DNA from: Mobula hypostoma
Taxonomy: Eukaryota
Direction of reading: 5' to 3'
Length of the DNA stretch: 64,000 nucleotides
Assembly (NCBI RefSeq): GCF_963921235.1
Contig: NC_086097.1
Span: 80,106,001-80,170,000, forward strand
Made by a program: the position numbers and the translations under genes. Under the pieces are notes generated by a model, which saw nothing but the letters and a program-made list of their open reading frames with translations, ran no database searches and was not told the DNA's origin. Position 1 is the first letter of the stretch, and every line of letters begins with the position of its first letter. This document shows positions 63,536 to 64,000 of the stretch, piece by piece.

Positions 63536-64000
63536 TACTCCAAGTGTGGTCTAACCAATGCCTTGTAAAGCCTTAGCATTATAATCTTGCTTTTATATTC
63601 TACGTTCTTTACTAGAGCCAGATTAGAGCTGTTCACTCAAAATACTTCCTTATCAGTTCCATTCAATTGCATTATTGCCAATTTCTCAATTTTTGTTGTC
63701 ACACAGGAAACAAATGTTGGTTGATTTTGGTGATCCGGTCATTGATAAGTTAGAGGACATAAGCCCTTTTCTACTGAATGTTAATGGCACAAAGAAAAGA
63801 GCCATGTAGTAGGTAGTGGTTGTTGACACTTCTGCTTGCTGGACAAAACCACCAATTTCTCCTGATGTTCAGGGGCACTCTTCCATATAGAGTGGGCAAG
63901 TAGGGAACAGGACATGAACATTAGTCAAGCTATTATTTTACATGCTCATCTGAGGTGGCCTTCTAGCAGGTGACCAGCAATAATTGCATCCAGCATATTG

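Overview
Vertebrate genomic DNA; the repeat families suggest a cartilaginous fish, probably a ray (inference). The only host coding sequence I can support is coding exon 1 of gephyrin (GPHN) on the minus strand (43109->43046, [21 protein letters not shown] plus a phase-1 GT donor), lying in a CpG island. I could not find exon 2, so 1-43045 is probably all intron 1 and 43300-64000 is promoter/upstream DNA. The rest is dense with transposable elements: CR1 LINEs of several ages, Rex1/Babar LINEs, Penelope-like elements (PLEs) with minimal hammerhead-ribozyme motifs and inverted 5' ends, a decayed two-LTR chromoviral Gypsy with a self-priming signature, an internally deleted BEL/Pao element with three insertions in its 5' LTR, solo LTRs, Tigger-like and hAT-like MITEs, a V-SINE, an L1 3' end and a probable retroviral integrase remnant. 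The most notable items are one intact dimer-type hammerhead motif with several decayed copies, PLE fold-back hairpins, and an unexplained degenerate repeat array with a long inverted repeat just upstream of GPHN. I see no evidence for a wholly new multi-gene system. Most ORFs in the supplied track are TE fragments or spurious, and boundaries of decayed TEs are approximate.
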